Below, in pieces: positions 7,573 through 16,804 of a stretch of DNA of 64,000 nt. The translations under genes were made by a program, and so were the position numbers. Numbering within the stretch: position 1 is the first letter of the stretch; the number at the start of each line of letters is the position of its first letter. The DNA comes from Minisyncoccota bacterium (GTDB lineage Bacteria; Patescibacteriota; Minisyncoccia; UBA6257; GWB1-50-10), in assembly GCA_041917695.1 (NCBI GenBank), contig JAYRXE010000037.1:2155-66154 (forward strand). Direction: 5' to 3'. The notes under the pieces are model-generated. The model was not told where the DNA came from, searched no databases, and saw only the letters and a list, made by a program, of their open reading frames with translations.

Positions 7573-10025
7573 AGCTCGCGATATTCCATGGCGCCAAGGG
7601 TCTTTCCGACCTTCGCATCCACGGTGAGCGGCACGGTGAGCGCGTATGAATTTTCGAGCACGCGCTTCATATCGCCCATGAATGGCTCAAGAATATCATC
7701 CGAGACCTCGAATATCAATTCATCATGGATGGTGAGCGCAATCCGTGCGGCGTAGTTTTTAGCGTGAATGGTCTCGTACGCCTTCCGCATGGCGATTTTC
7801 ACGATATCCGCTTCGAGGCTTTGGATGGGCATGTTGATGGCTGCGCGTTCGATTTCAAAAAAGTTCTTTGCGTCGGAAAACCAGCGCTTCCGCCCGTTCT
7901 CGTTCTCGACGTAGCCCAATTCCTTTACGCGGGCTTTTTCCTCTTCCTGCCACTTCCTGACTCCGGGGAATTCGGCAAAATACTCGGCTATGTAGCGCTT
8001 CGCGTCCTCCACCGTCATTCCCGCCTCCTGGGCGAAGGCCCGCGCACCCATCCCGTAGGCGAGACCGAAGTTCAGGGTTTTCGCGACTCGGCGCTTTTCC
8101 GGCGATACGGTTTCGGCATGGAAGATTTTTTGCGCGGTCGCCGTATGGATGTCCCGCCCTTCGCGAAAAGCCGTGAGAAGCGCTTCGTCTTTTGAAACGT
8201 GGGCGATGATGCGGAGTTCAAGCTGGGAATAGTCGAAAGAAACGAATGATCTGCCTTTTTCAGCCTCAAACGCTTCGCGGAGCCCTTTTGACCATCGCGA
8301 ACCCTGGGGAAGGTTTTGGAGGTTCGGTTTTTCGGAGGCGATGCGCCCGGTCGCCGTCCCGGTTTGGAGAAACGTGGTTTGGATGAGACCCTTCGATTTG
8401 CGCGAAAGGGCGAGGAGCGGTTCGACGTAGGTGCCGAGTATCTTCGCGTTTTCCCGGTACCCGAGAAGGAGCGAAACGACGGGGTGTTTTCCCAAAAGCG
8501 AGGCGAGTACGTCCTCCTTTGTCGATATCTGCCCGGTTTTCGTTTTTTTCTTCCCGCCGAGTCCCAGTTTTTCAAAAAGAATCCGACCGATTTCCCGCGG
8601 GGAGTTTATATTGAACTCTTCCCCGGCGAGCGCGAAAATTTCCCCGCTCATCGCGCGAATCTCTTTTTCAAGCGCGCTTTTCATCTCTTCAAGCTTTTTC
8701 GGGTTCACGCGGATACCCCCGCGTTCCATATCGCCCAACACTTCAACGAGCGGCATCTCGACGGTTTCGAGGAGTTTGAGTAATTTTTCCGCCTTCAATT
8801 TTTCATGCAGTATTTCGTATGCTTCCTCGAGCGATTCTTCCGTCGGTTCCGTTTCTTCCCGGCGCAAGTACTGCATTGCAATCAGGCTCCAGGGATAGTC
8901 TTTTTGTCCCGGCTGGAGAAGCCATGCGGCGAGAAGCGTATCGAAATAAGTTCCGTCGATCGCCGGCGCCTTTCCCGTCTCAGCGAGTTTTTTCCAAATA
9001 TTTTTCCAATCATGGGCGACTTTTATCGCGTCCCGCGCTGATTTTGTTTCCGAGAAAGCGCTATCGTCCGCCACGGCGACGATGTTCCTGGTTTTTTTCT
9101 TTCGCGGCGACTTTTGTTTTTTGGGTTTTTCTTCGGTCGCCGCCTCGAAAAGGCCTTGGGCGGGGGAGAGTTTCTCGCGTTCGATAAGGCTTCGGAACTC
9201 GAGGTCCATGCACAGTGCGTAGAGTTTTCCGTTTTCAAACCCGCGCCAGGCGAGGTCGGGAAGCTCGATAGGGAGTTCGACGTCCCGCCGTATCGTGGCA
9301 AGAGTCTTCGAGAGGAGCGCCGCCTCTTTTTGGGACCGGACCTTTTCCTCGGCCGTTCCGGTCGCTTTTGATTTCAGGATCTTTTCAAGCGTTCCGTATT
9401 CTTTGAGCAGCTTCGTTGCTCCCACCGCGCCGATGCCGTTCACTCCTTTTATATTGTCCGATTGGTCGCCCACGAGCGCTTTCCAATCAATCAGCGCTTT
9501 CGGGGGCACGCCGAAGCGTTCCTCGACCGCCGCTTCGTCGTAGTCCACGACGTCGTTCACTCCCTTCCTGAACGTGCGGACGACGACGCGTCCGTCCTCG
9601 ACGAGTTGGAGTGCGTCGAGGTCGCCTGTAAGGATGGTGACGAGCGCTTTCTTCTTAAAGCGCTCCGCAAGCGTTCCCAGGATGTCGTCGCCTTCGAATC
9701 CCGGCAGTTCGACGACGGGGATGCCGAACGCCTCAAACACCCGCTTCGCGCTTTCGAGCTGGGGTACGAGCCGGTCGTCGAGTTCGGGCCGGTGCGCCTT
9801 GTAGATTTCAGAGAGCCCGCTCCTGAAGGTGGGGGCGTCGCAGTCGAAAGCGGCCGCCACGTAATCGTACGAATCCCGCTTCAAAATCTTGAAGAGCGTC
9901 GAGGTGACGCCGTAGAGCGCGCCGGTCGGCTCGCCCCGCCCGTTCGTGAGTCCGGGAAGCGCGTGAAACATGCGATGGATGAGGGCATGCGCGTCTATGA
10001 GGAGCAGTTTTTTTGTTTCTTTCAT
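7569..10025 (-). CDS. polA: DNA polymerase I
   Basis: It has a 5'-3' exonuclease N-terminus (LLLIDAHALIHRMFHAL), a polymerase domain (RRVAKTLNFGLAYGMG) and motif C (HDELIFE). Start set at the MKETKK ATG, which makes an ATGA overlap with the tsaE stop. The ORF track extends to 10124. Confidence 0.9.
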   Translation of the reverse strand: MKETKKLLLIDAHALIHRMFHALPGLTNGRGEPTGALYGVTSTLFKILKRDSYDYVAAAFDCDAPTFRSGLSEIYKAHRPELDDRLVPQLESAKRVFEAFGIPVVELPGFEGDDILGTLAERFKKKALVTILTGDLDALQLVEDGRVVVRTFRKGVNDVVDYDEAAVEERFGVPPKALIDWKALVGDQSDNIKGVNGIGAVGATKLLKEYGTLEKILKSKATGTAEEKVRSQKEAALLSKTLATIRRDVELPIELPDLAWRGFENGKLYALCMDLEFRSLIEREKLSPAQGLFEAATEEKPKKQKSPRKKKTRNIVAVADDSAFSETKSARDAIKVAHDWKNIWKKLAETGKAPAIDGTYFDTLLAAWLLQPGQKDYPWSLIAMQYLRREETEPTEESLEEAYEILHEKLKAEKLLKLLETVEMPLVEVLGDMERGGIRVNPKKLEEMKSALEKEIRAMSGEIFALAGEEFNINSPREIGRILFEKLGLGGKKKTKTGQISTKEDVLASLLGKHPVVSLLLGYRENAKILGTYVEPLLALSRKSKGLIQTTFLQTGTATGRIASEKPNLQNLPQGSRWSKGLREAFEAEKGRSFVSFDYSQLELRIIAHVSKDEALLTAFREGRDIHTATAQKIFHAETVSPEKRRVAKTLNFGLAYGMGARAFAQEAGMTVEDAKRYIAEYFAEFPGVRKWQEEEKARVKELGYVENENGRKRWFSDAKNFFEIERAAINMPIQSLEADIVKIAMRKAYETIHAKNYAARIALTIHDELIFEVSDDILEPFMGDMKRVLENSYALTVPLTVDAKVGKTLGAMEYREL

Positions 10026-10471
10026 CGGGAGAGGGGAATGGTCGTATGGAATGTGCGGGCGGATTCCTTCTTCCCGTGCGCGAACCGGATGAGCCGGGCT
10101 CCGCGGAAAAGTCCCGGCACGCACTCAGGCCACTCGACGAGCACGATGTTCTTCGGGTCGCCGAGGATTTTTTTGACGCCGAGCGTTTCAAGCTCTTTTT
10201 TCGACCGGAGGCGGTACGCGTCGATATGGAAGATAACCCGCTCTTTTGCCGGGTAGCGCTTCATGATAACGAACGTGGGGGACGTGACGGCGCGCTTCAC
10301 GCCGAATGCGCGGACGAATGCGCGGGTGAAAGCGGTCTTTCCCGCGCCGAGGTTCCCTTTGAGGGCGATGATAAGCGCCCGCGAGGCGGGGCGCTCCTTT
10401 TTCGCCCATTGGGCGACCCGGGCGGCAAACTCGGCGGTTTTTTTCAGCGACGCGCTTCTATAGGCAGGCAT
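10022..10471 (-). CDS. tsaE: tRNA threonylcarbamoyladenosine biosynthesis protein TsaE
   Basis: P-loop GNLGAGKTAFTRAF and YjeE-family length of 149 aa. Confidence 0.85.
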   Translation of the reverse strand: MPAYRSASLKKTAEFAARVAQWAKKERPASRALIIALKGNLGAGKTAFTRAFVRAFGVKRAVTSPTFVIMKRYPAKERVIFHIDAYRLRSKKELETLGVKKILGDPKNIVLVEWPECVPGLFRGARLIRFAHGKKESARTFHTTIPLSR

Positions 10472-10475
10472 GGAA

Positions 10476-11573
10476 TCAGACGAGGCGGGTTTTCTTCGCC
10501 GCTCCGATGTGTTCGTACGCCTCTTCGGTCGCGATGCGTCCGAGGGGCGTGCGTTCTATCATGTGGAGCGCAAGGAGAAACGGCTCGTAAACGTCTTCAA
10601 TGGTGCCGATTTCTTCCGAAAGGGACGCGGCGAGGGATTTCACGCCGACCGGACCGCCGTTGAATTTCTTGATGATGGTCGAAAGGAGCTCGCGGTCGGC
10701 GCGTTCGAGTCCGCGGGGGTCGATGTCGAGGAGGGCAAGCGTCTTTTCCGCCGCTTCCTTCCCGATGTTTCCTTCGGCGTAGACCTCGGCGTAATCGCGC
10801 GCGCGTTTCAGCAAACGGTTTGCGACGCGGGGCGTGAAGCGCGCCGCCTCGGCGAGAATGCGTATCGCGTCTTCGTCGATGGAAGCTTTCAAAATCTCCG
10901 CCGATTGGCGCAATATCTTTTTCACATCGTCGGCCGAATAGTATTCGAGCTTGAACATCCCGCCGAAACGCGAACGGAGCGGGTTCGAGAGGAGACTCAC
11001 CTTCGTCGTCGCGCCGACGACGGTGAAGGGCGGGAGGTCGAGCGAGAAGGTGCGCGCCGAAGAGCCCTTGCCGACCACGAGGTGGAGCTTCCGGGATTCG
11101 AGCGCGGGGTAAAGCATTTCCTCGACGAACTTATTGATGCGGTGGATTTCGTCGATGAAGAGGATTTCATTCGGCTCGATGTTCGAAAGGATAGCGGCGA
11201 CATCGCCGGCCTTCTCGAGCGCCGGTCCGGTCGTCGTTTTCACGTTCACGCCCATTTCGCGTCCGATGATGTAGGCGAGCGTGGTCTTTCCGAGGCCCGC
11301 CTGGCCGTAGAGAAGCACGTGGTCGAGGGATTCCCCGCGCTTTTTTGCGGCCTCGATCATGAGGCGGAGGTTCGTCTTCGTAAGATCCTGGCCGATATAG
11401 CCGTCCCAGTCTTTGGGGCGCAATTCCTGGTCCACGGTTTCGGCCTGTTTTTCCGGCTCCTGCTTCGTCATTTCCTTAATGATACACGCGCTCGCGAGGC
11501 TTGGGGAGAGTGGCTTAAAACCAGGCTTTTCGAGGGTCCGCAGGCCCGCCCGAAAGACCAATTTCTTTTCCAC
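10476..11573 (-). CDS. ruvB: Holliday junction branch migration helicase RuvB
   Basis: LRPKDWDGYIGQ, Walker A GQAGLGKTTLA and the sensor region. The ORF-track start at 11573 is a GTG. An internal ATG (MTKQEPEK, about 11471) gives a more typical RuvB length. Confidence 0.88.
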   Translation of the reverse strand: MEKKLVFRAGLRTLEKPGFKPLSPSLASACIIKEMTKQEPEKQAETVDQELRPKDWDGYIGQDLTKTNLRLMIEAAKKRGESLDHVLLYGQAGLGKTTLAYIIGREMGVNVKTTTGPALEKAGDVAAILSNIEPNEILFIDEIHRINKFVEEMLYPALESRKLHLVVGKGSSARTFSLDLPPFTVVGATTKVSLLSNPLRSRFGGMFKLEYYSADDVKKILRQSAEILKASIDEDAIRILAEAARFTPRVANRLLKRARDYAEVYAEGNIGKEAAEKTLALLDIDPRGLERADRELLSTIIKKFNGGPVGVKSLAASLSEEIGTIEDVYEPFLLALHMIERTPLGRIATEEAYEHIGAAKKTRLV

Positions 11574-11657
11574 AGGTGGGGATATCGGGCCGGTTTGACA
11601 TTATCCCCAGGCGGGTTTCTAATGGTACCCCTTGAGGGGAGGCTCCCCGAGAGGCTA

Positions 11658-11686
11658 TTGACAAAAAATCTTTCTCGTGCTAATAT
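11658..11686 (+). promoter_or_regulatory. near-consensus sigma70 promoter (TTGACA-17-TAATAT)
   Basis: ttgacaaaaaatctttctcgtgctaatatt has perfect -35 and -10 elements with 17-nt spacing. Confidence 0.55.
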
Positions 11687-11692
11687 TAAGAA

Positions 11693-11912
11693 GGATTAAA
11701 AATTCCATATCCTTGCTAGAGACCCGGGGGCAAACAGATTATTTCTTAAACTATTACAGGACTTTCTGGCTTCGGCTGGGCAGTTCCTCGGAGATATCGG
11801 TCTTCACCTGAATAGAATTCAGGAGAATGTTAAAAGAGCTTACACTCTTCTTGCCCGCGGATCTCTCGTTGGGATATATGAAAACACCGCCTTTAAAGCG
11901 GTGTTTTCTTTT
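11693..11912 (+). ncRNA. candidate small RNA or leader (about 220 nt) bounded by promoter and intrinsic terminator
   Basis: It runs from the consensus promoter to the terminator aaaacaccgcctttaaagcggtgttttctttt. No ORF of 60 aa or more is present. The only ATG is a 30-aa ORF with a poorly spaced RBS. Confidence 0.35.
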
Positions 11913-12025
11913 GTGAGCGCCAAGCTCTTAACAGGGGAGGATGTATTGACAAATACTATAATAGATGGTAAACTATTTTCAGCTAAATATAGTTTTTATT
12001 TTTAATAACTTAATCATTTAAGAAA

Positions 12026-12661
12026 ATGCAAAGTCAAAATTTATGGGAATATTTCGGTGTTCCTATGTGGTTGATTTACGGTATCGAAATTGTTTGTCTT
12101 TTAGCGCTTCTCTATTTGGTTTATTACGGCTTAAGATATGTTTTGAACGCACCATTTATTGATTCTAAAAAACAGGCAACTCCAATAAAAGAAGAGACTG
12201 ACATGCACGAAGAAGGAATCGTTGAAAAAAGAGGCGGTGAAGACAGCGTGGAAGAGTATAAGGCAATAAAGAATAAGAACGAGGTTGAGGATGATGGAAA
12301 ATACGGCCCCAAGACTGATTTTTCAAAGTTCAACTACGAGCATTTTATTGAATTTATAGCGTCAGTTGGAGAATGTGAGGTGGAAATCCTCAAAGCTTCA
12401 GCCGGGGTTGGTATTGGGTGGATAAACTATGTGCAGTTGCTAAAAAAGTCCTGCCTAAATAATGAAATTCTCCCATTTTTTGAGAAGATCCTATCGGGAG
12501 AGTTGAGCATTCCATCTCCTCCAGCTTCATTTGCGGATTTCCCTTTTCTGATTGAATACCGCGAATATAGTGGCAAAAAATACGCCCGTTTATGTTCTCA
12601 GCTTTTAGGAACTCCTAATTCCCCCCTTGCTCAATACAGCCTTTTTGTCAGGGAGAAATAG
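12026..12661 (+). CDS. hypothetical membrane-anchored protein (AT-rich island)
   Basis: ATG start, an N-terminal TM helix and low GC relative to its neighbours. Confidence 0.5.
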   Translation: MQSQNLWEYFGVPMWLIYGIEIVCLLALLYLVYYGLRYVLNAPFIDSKKQATPIKEETDMHEEGIVEKRGGEDSVEEYKAIKNKNEVEDDGKYGPKTDFSKFNYEHFIEFIASVGECEVEILKASAGVGIGWINYVQLLKKSCLNNEILPFFEKILSGELSIPSPPASFADFPFLIEYREYSGKKYARLCSQLLGTPNSPLAQYSLFVREK

Positions 12662-12728
12662 TTTTAAAACCGTCTCAGAAATGAGCGGTTTTTTATTTCT
12701 CAAAACAAACCACTATACTGAGGTTGCT

Positions 12729-13052
12729 ATGCTTTGTACGAAGTGCGGGAGTGAAATTTCAGAAACTGATTATTTCTGCCCGCAGTGCGGGGTGAAAATC
12801 AGAAATCCCAGACTGTCGGTATCCTTCGGCGCGCAGGCGAAGGCGTATCTCGTAAGCGCGCTTTTCCCTCCTTTCGGGCTCTGGTACGCATACCGGTACA
12901 TGAAGAACGGGGATGCGCAGTCGAAGAAAATCGCCCTCGCAGTCGTTCTCGTTAATCTCGTCTTCTTTTTCATAACGCTTTGGCTCGCAGGAAAGATGCT
13001 GGATTATGCAAATAGGGAAGTCGAGCAGCAATTGAACGCATTCACGTTCTAG
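12729..13052 (+). CDS. zinc-ribbon membrane protein
   Basis: MLCTKCGSEI...CPQCG is a CxxC...CxxC zinc ribbon, followed by two TM helices. Start taken at the internal ATG. The ORF track begins at 12627. Confidence 0.5.
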   Translation: MLCTKCGSEISETDYFCPQCGVKIRNPRLSVSFGAQAKAYLVSALFPPFGLWYAYRYMKNGDAQSKKIALAVVLVNLVFFFITLWLAGKMLDYANREVEQQLNAFTF

Positions 13053-13062
13053 TTTCCGCTTA

Positions 13063-13088
13063 AAAACCGCGTTTACGCGGTTTTTTAT
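13063..13088. terminator. bidirectional intrinsic terminator
   Basis: Hairpin aaaaaccgcgtttacgcggttttttatt lies between convergent genes. Its T-tract overlaps the pilB stop codon. Confidence 0.55.
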
Positions 13089-14770
13089 TTCATCCACCAG
13101 TCGATGGAGCCGGTTACGTCCTCGACTTCCGTCCGGCTCGTCACGCCCCTCAGCATTTTCAAAACACCGTCCTCCTGGAGGAATACCAATCCCTCCTTCC
13201 GCGCCGCGTCTTTCAAATCGAATTCCGTCGGGCGCGTGTAGATAAGCCGTTGGATAGGTTCCGTCACGCGGAAGAGCTCGAAGATGGACGTGCGCCCCTT
13301 GTACCCGATGCCCTGGCACGCATCGCATCCGACCGGCTCGTATATTTCTATATTTGCGTACTCGCTTTTATCCACGTTCGCCGGCAGGGATTCAACGAAC
13401 TTCTTTATCGCTTCCTTCTGAGCCTCGGAAAGCTCGAGAGGCTTCCTGCATTCCTTGCAGAGTACGCGAACCAATCGCTGGGCGATGACGAGGCGCAAGC
13501 CCGGCGCGAGGATTTGCGCCTCCGCGCCGAGGTTCAGCATGCGGGGGATCGCTCCGATCGCATCGTTCGTGTGGAGCGTCGAAAAAACGAGGTGGCCGGT
13601 GAGCGAGGCGTTCAGCGCCGTCTCGGCGGTGTCTTTGTCGCGGATTTCACCGACGAGGACCACGTCCGGGTCTTGCCGGAGAATGGAGCGGAGGCCGTTT
13701 GCGAAGGTGTAGTTCGCTTCCTCGTCGACCTGCGTCTGTGAGATGCCTTCCAGATGGTATTCGATGGGGTCTTCGACGGTGATGATTTTGATTTCCGGAT
13801 TTTTCACGTGAGACAGGAAGGCGTAGAGCGTCGTCGTCTTACCGCTTCCGGTGGGGCCGGTGTTCAGGATAAGGCCGTTCGGCTGGGCGATTTCGTGGCG
13901 CGCCACTTCAAGCAAATCTTTCCGCCAGCCCAATTCTTCGAGGTTGGCTTTCAAAGACGAGGGGTCGAGCAAACGCATGACGACCGTTTCGCCGTATTCG
14001 GAGGGGATGACGGAGGTGCGGACTTCGATGGCCTTGCCGGACGCTTTGATGGTGAAGCGCCCGTCCTGCGCTTCGCGGTGGATATTCAACTTCAATCCCG
14101 AAAGGAGCTTGATGCGCGTTACCACCGAGTGGTAGGTGTGCGTCTCGAACGCGTCGTAGGCGGTGTGAAGGATGCCGTCGAGGCGCAGGCGGAAGGTGTT
14201 TTTCGTTTCACCCGCTTCCAAGTGGATGTCGGAAGCGCCGAGGGTAAGCCCGCCCGCCAAAACGATCTCGAGCATTTGGGACGTGTACTCATTGATGTGT
14301 TCTTCGATTTCCGCGGAAAGGTCGGCGATGCTCTTAATGCGGTCGATGAGGTCTTCCAAGTGCGCCGGGTCGATGGAGACCGAACCGCTGATTTCCTTCA
14401 CCTCGGTAACGTACTGGTAATAGCTCCAGGCGTAATTCAGGGAGGTCAGCGAAACGACGAATATCTCGAGCGTCACGCCGGGCGTCGCCTTGAGTTTTTC
14501 GAGAGCTTCTTTTGCGGAGGGCGTGAGCGGGTCGAATGTGGCGACGAGGAGTTTTTGCTTGGAAATTTCAAACGGCGCGACGAGCGCGTCGTGGGCATCG
14601 GCCTCCTTCATGAGGCGCAGGGCTTTCAGGTTCACGGGGATTTTCGAAGCGATGAGGTCGAGATAGGGAAGTCCGGCGCGCGCCGCGCGCCGTTCGGCGT
14701 CCTTTTCCTCGGCGACGTGCCGTTGCTTCGCGAGCTCTTCGTCGAGACCTTTTTGGGAGGCGCTGAACAT
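13085..14770 (-). CDS. type II secretion / type IV pilus assembly ATPase (GspE/PilB family)
   Basis: Walker A GPTGSGKTTT, an Asp box, Walker B and His box, and a C-terminal tetracysteine CDACQGIGYKGR. Confidence 0.9.
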   Translation of the reverse strand: MFSASQKGLDEELAKQRHVAEEKDAERRAARAGLPYLDLIASKIPVNLKALRLMKEADAHDALVAPFEISKQKLLVATFDPLTPSAKEALEKLKATPGVTLEIFVVSLTSLNYAWSYYQYVTEVKEISGSVSIDPAHLEDLIDRIKSIADLSAEIEEHINEYTSQMLEIVLAGGLTLGASDIHLEAGETKNTFRLRLDGILHTAYDAFETHTYHSVVTRIKLLSGLKLNIHREAQDGRFTIKASGKAIEVRTSVIPSEYGETVVMRLLDPSSLKANLEELGWRKDLLEVARHEIAQPNGLILNTGPTGSGKTTTLYAFLSHVKNPEIKIITVEDPIEYHLEGISQTQVDEEANYTFANGLRSILRQDPDVVLVGEIRDKDTAETALNASLTGHLVFSTLHTNDAIGAIPRMLNLGAEAQILAPGLRLVIAQRLVRVLCKECRKPLELSEAQKEAIKKFVESLPANVDKSEYANIEIYEPVGCDACQGIGYKGRTSIFELFRVTEPIQRLIYTRPTEFDLKDAARKEGLVFLQEDGVLKMLRGVTSRTEVEDVTGSIDWWMK

Positions 14771-14867
14771 GACCCCCTTATTCTAGCTTTTTGCCCCCCG
14801 CGCTACAAGGAAAAACCGCATGGTTCCTATGCTTTTCAGGGGAAAACTTGACAGATTTGGTGAATTA

Positions 14868-14896
14868 TTGACTTTTTTACAATTTAGTTGTATAAT
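14868..14896 (+). promoter_or_regulatory. consensus sigma70 promoter (TTGACT-17-TATAAT)
   Basis: ttgacttttttacaatttagttgtataat lies 60 nt upstream of an AAGGAGA RBS. Confidence 0.55.
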
Positions 14897-14954
14897 TAAA
14901 GATAGAAATAGTAAAAAAATAATTTAAAAACATTTCTTTAAGGAGAAATCAAAA

Positions 14955-15575
14955 ATGAAATCAATCGTAATTGCTTTAATAGCTTGCGTTATTTGTCTTT
15001 CACCGGTTCAGGTACATGCTCAGAAAAACCCCGTTAAAAAAACAACGAAGGTGTTCAGGGACGTAGTCACTGATATCGGAAAGACTATTGAAACGGTTTT
15101 CAAGACAAAAACCCGCGTGGAAAAAACAATTGAAGAGAATATGCCGAAGCAGGGTGAATTTGCCGTCGTGAATTCCTACGGCGAAAACTTCATTACTGTG
15201 GTGGAATTAAAAACATCACAAAGTGAGGTAAGCGACGTATTGGCACCGGGGGAAATTGCGAAACTTCCAGCAGAGATATCGCCCACAGATAAAAAAGAAT
15301 TAGTCTGCGGATTTATAAAGGTGTATTACTTCGAACAGTATGCGCCTTCACGGGATAAGGACGGGAACTACGTTTGTAACACCGATGGAAGCCATGTATA
15401 TGGGGACGCCATCTTCTTAGGAAGTTATCCAATTAAGGACTATCTAACTTTCCGGGAACCTATCCAACAGTTATCAGCCGAGAAAAATTTATCTCGTTAT
15501 CTGCGGGACATAAAAAAGCAAAGCAAGATGTATAAAGAACAGTATGAAGCGGAAACGGGCGAAGTAGCGCAGTGA
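14955..15575 (+). CDS. secreted hypothetical protein (signal peptide, AT-rich)
   Basis: MKSIVIALIACVICLSPVQVHA looks like a signal peptide. The gene has a strong RBS and promoter and is followed by a terminator. Confidence 0.55.
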   Translation: MKSIVIALIACVICLSPVQVHAQKNPVKKTTKVFRDVVTDIGKTIETVFKTKTRVEKTIEENMPKQGEFAVVNSYGENFITVVELKTSQSEVSDVLAPGEIAKLPAEISPTDKKELVCGFIKVYYFEQYAPSRDKDGNYVCNTDGSHVYGDAIFLGSYPIKDYLTFREPIQQLSAEKNLSRYLRDIKKQSKMYKEQYEAETGEVAQ

Positions 15576-15597
15576 TGCTCAATATTGAATACCTCCA

Positions 15598-15628
15598 TTA
15601 GGGACCTTTTAGGTCCCTAATTTTTTTG
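15598..15628 (+). terminator. intrinsic terminator
   Basis: attagggaccttttaggtccctaattttttt. Confidence 0.6.
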
Positions 15629-16441
15629 TATACTCTAGACGTGATCATTTTTCTCCACGGTTCCGACTCCTACCGCCGCCAGCATAAATTCCGCGAGCTT
15701 CTTTCCGCATACAAGGGAAAGTACGCGAACCCCGACATGCTCGAGCTTGATTTCGAGGATGACGACGCTTTCACGCGCGCGAAGGACTTTCTCGGCCAAC
15801 CATCGATGTTCGCCGAATCGAAGGTGCTCGCTCTTTCAGGGAGCCTTGAGGGCCGTGATGAGTACGCCGACGCGTTGCGCCGGGAGCTCGAAACGCCGAA
15901 GAATTTTGTCATCATATCGACAGCCGAGGTCCCCGCAGGGGAGCTTGCGTTCCTGCTCGAGGCTCCCGTCCGGCGCGAGCGGTTTGCCGAACTTCTGGGG
16001 ACCGACTTTGAAAACTTCGTCCGCGGGCTTGCGAAGGACGCCGGTGTCGATTTCGACGCGGCGGGTTTTCGCGCGCTTATGCATGCGCTCCAGGCGGAAA
16101 AGCCGGAGAACCGTTCGTGGCGCGCCGCGGCGGAGACGCACAAACTTTCCCTTGCGACGGGAAAGGTGACGGCGGAATCCGTGCGTTCACTCGTACGGCT
16201 TATCCCGACCGGAGACATCTACGCACTCGCGCGTTCTTTTATGTACGGGCGGAGCGCGGCGGCGCGCCTTACGGCCCTCGAAGAGCTTGAAGCGGGGAAC
16301 TTCGATCCGGCATGGGCGTTCAACACGCTGTGTTTCCTTGCAAAAGGACGCGAGACGACGGCGCTTGCCGCCGCGGACCTTGCCGTGAAGTCCGGCTCGC
16401 TCGATTACGAGACCGCGCTCACCAAAGTCGCGCTCGGGTAA
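15626..16441 (+). CDS. holA: DNA polymerase III delta subunit (HolA-like)
   Basis: N-terminal region (FLHGSDSYRRQ...QPSMFAESKVLAL) resembles delta-subunit clamp-loader domain I. The start codon is uncertain: TTG at 15626 or GTG at 15641. Confidence 0.6.
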   Translation: MYTLDVIIFLHGSDSYRRQHKFRELLSAYKGKYANPDMLELDFEDDDAFTRAKDFLGQPSMFAESKVLALSGSLEGRDEYADALRRELETPKNFVIISTAEVPAGELAFLLEAPVRRERFAELLGTDFENFVRGLAKDAGVDFDAAGFRALMHALQAEKPENRSWRAAAETHKLSLATGKVTAESVRSLVRLIPTGDIYALARSFMYGRSAAARLTALEELEAGNFDPAWAFNTLCFLAKGRETTALAAADLAVKSGSLDYETALTKVALG

Positions 16442-16444
16442 AAG

Positions 16445-16468
16445 AAAAACGGCTATTTCGCCGTTTTC
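16445..16468. terminator. bidirectional terminator between holA and rpsT
   Basis: gaaaaacggctatttcgccgtttttc. Confidence 0.5.
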
Positions 16469-16719
16469 TTCAGGTTCTTCGCGAGGCGCGATTTTATCCG
16501 GCTCGCTTTGCCTTTTTTGATGAGTCCGCTTTTCGCCACCTTGTCCACCGCTTTCATCACGCGGGGGAGGGAGGCTTTCGCTTCGTCGAGCTTGCCTTCA
16601 GCGACGAGCTTCCGAAAGCCCTTTACGCTGGATTTGATGATCGCCTTGCGCTTCATATTGCGCGCCCGGCGGGTCACCGACTGGCGAAGCGCTTTTTTTG
16701 CCGATGTGGTTCTGGGCAT
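16453..16719 (-). CDS. rpsT: 30S ribosomal protein S20
   Basis: MPRTTSAKKALRQSVTRRARNMKRK is the S20 signature. The internal ATG is chosen as start. The ORF track extends to 16773. Confidence 0.85.
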   Translation of the reverse strand: MPRTTSAKKALRQSVTRRARNMKRKAIIKSSVKGFRKLVAEGKLDEAKASLPRVMKAVDKVAKSGLIKKGKASRIKSRLAKNLKKTAK

Positions 16720-16804
16720 GATTCTTTGGTTTTCGTGCGTGGGAATCATACCTTTTGCCGCCTGGAACGTCAACTGAAAAACCCCTATACTCTACCTGAA
16801 GACC

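Noticed and set aside
11827-11919. 30-aa ORF (MLKELTLFLPADLSLGYMKTPPLKRCFLL) inside the candidate sRNA.
   Set aside because: The GGAG is only 1 nt from the ATG, and the ORF terminates inside the terminator hairpin. It is unlikely to be translated.
12672-12700. Possible terminator after the 12026 gene (aaaccgtctcagaaatgagcggtttttt).
   Set aside because: The stem is only 6 bp with a 13-nt loop, and it lies inside the overlapping downstream ORF frame. It is too weak to call.
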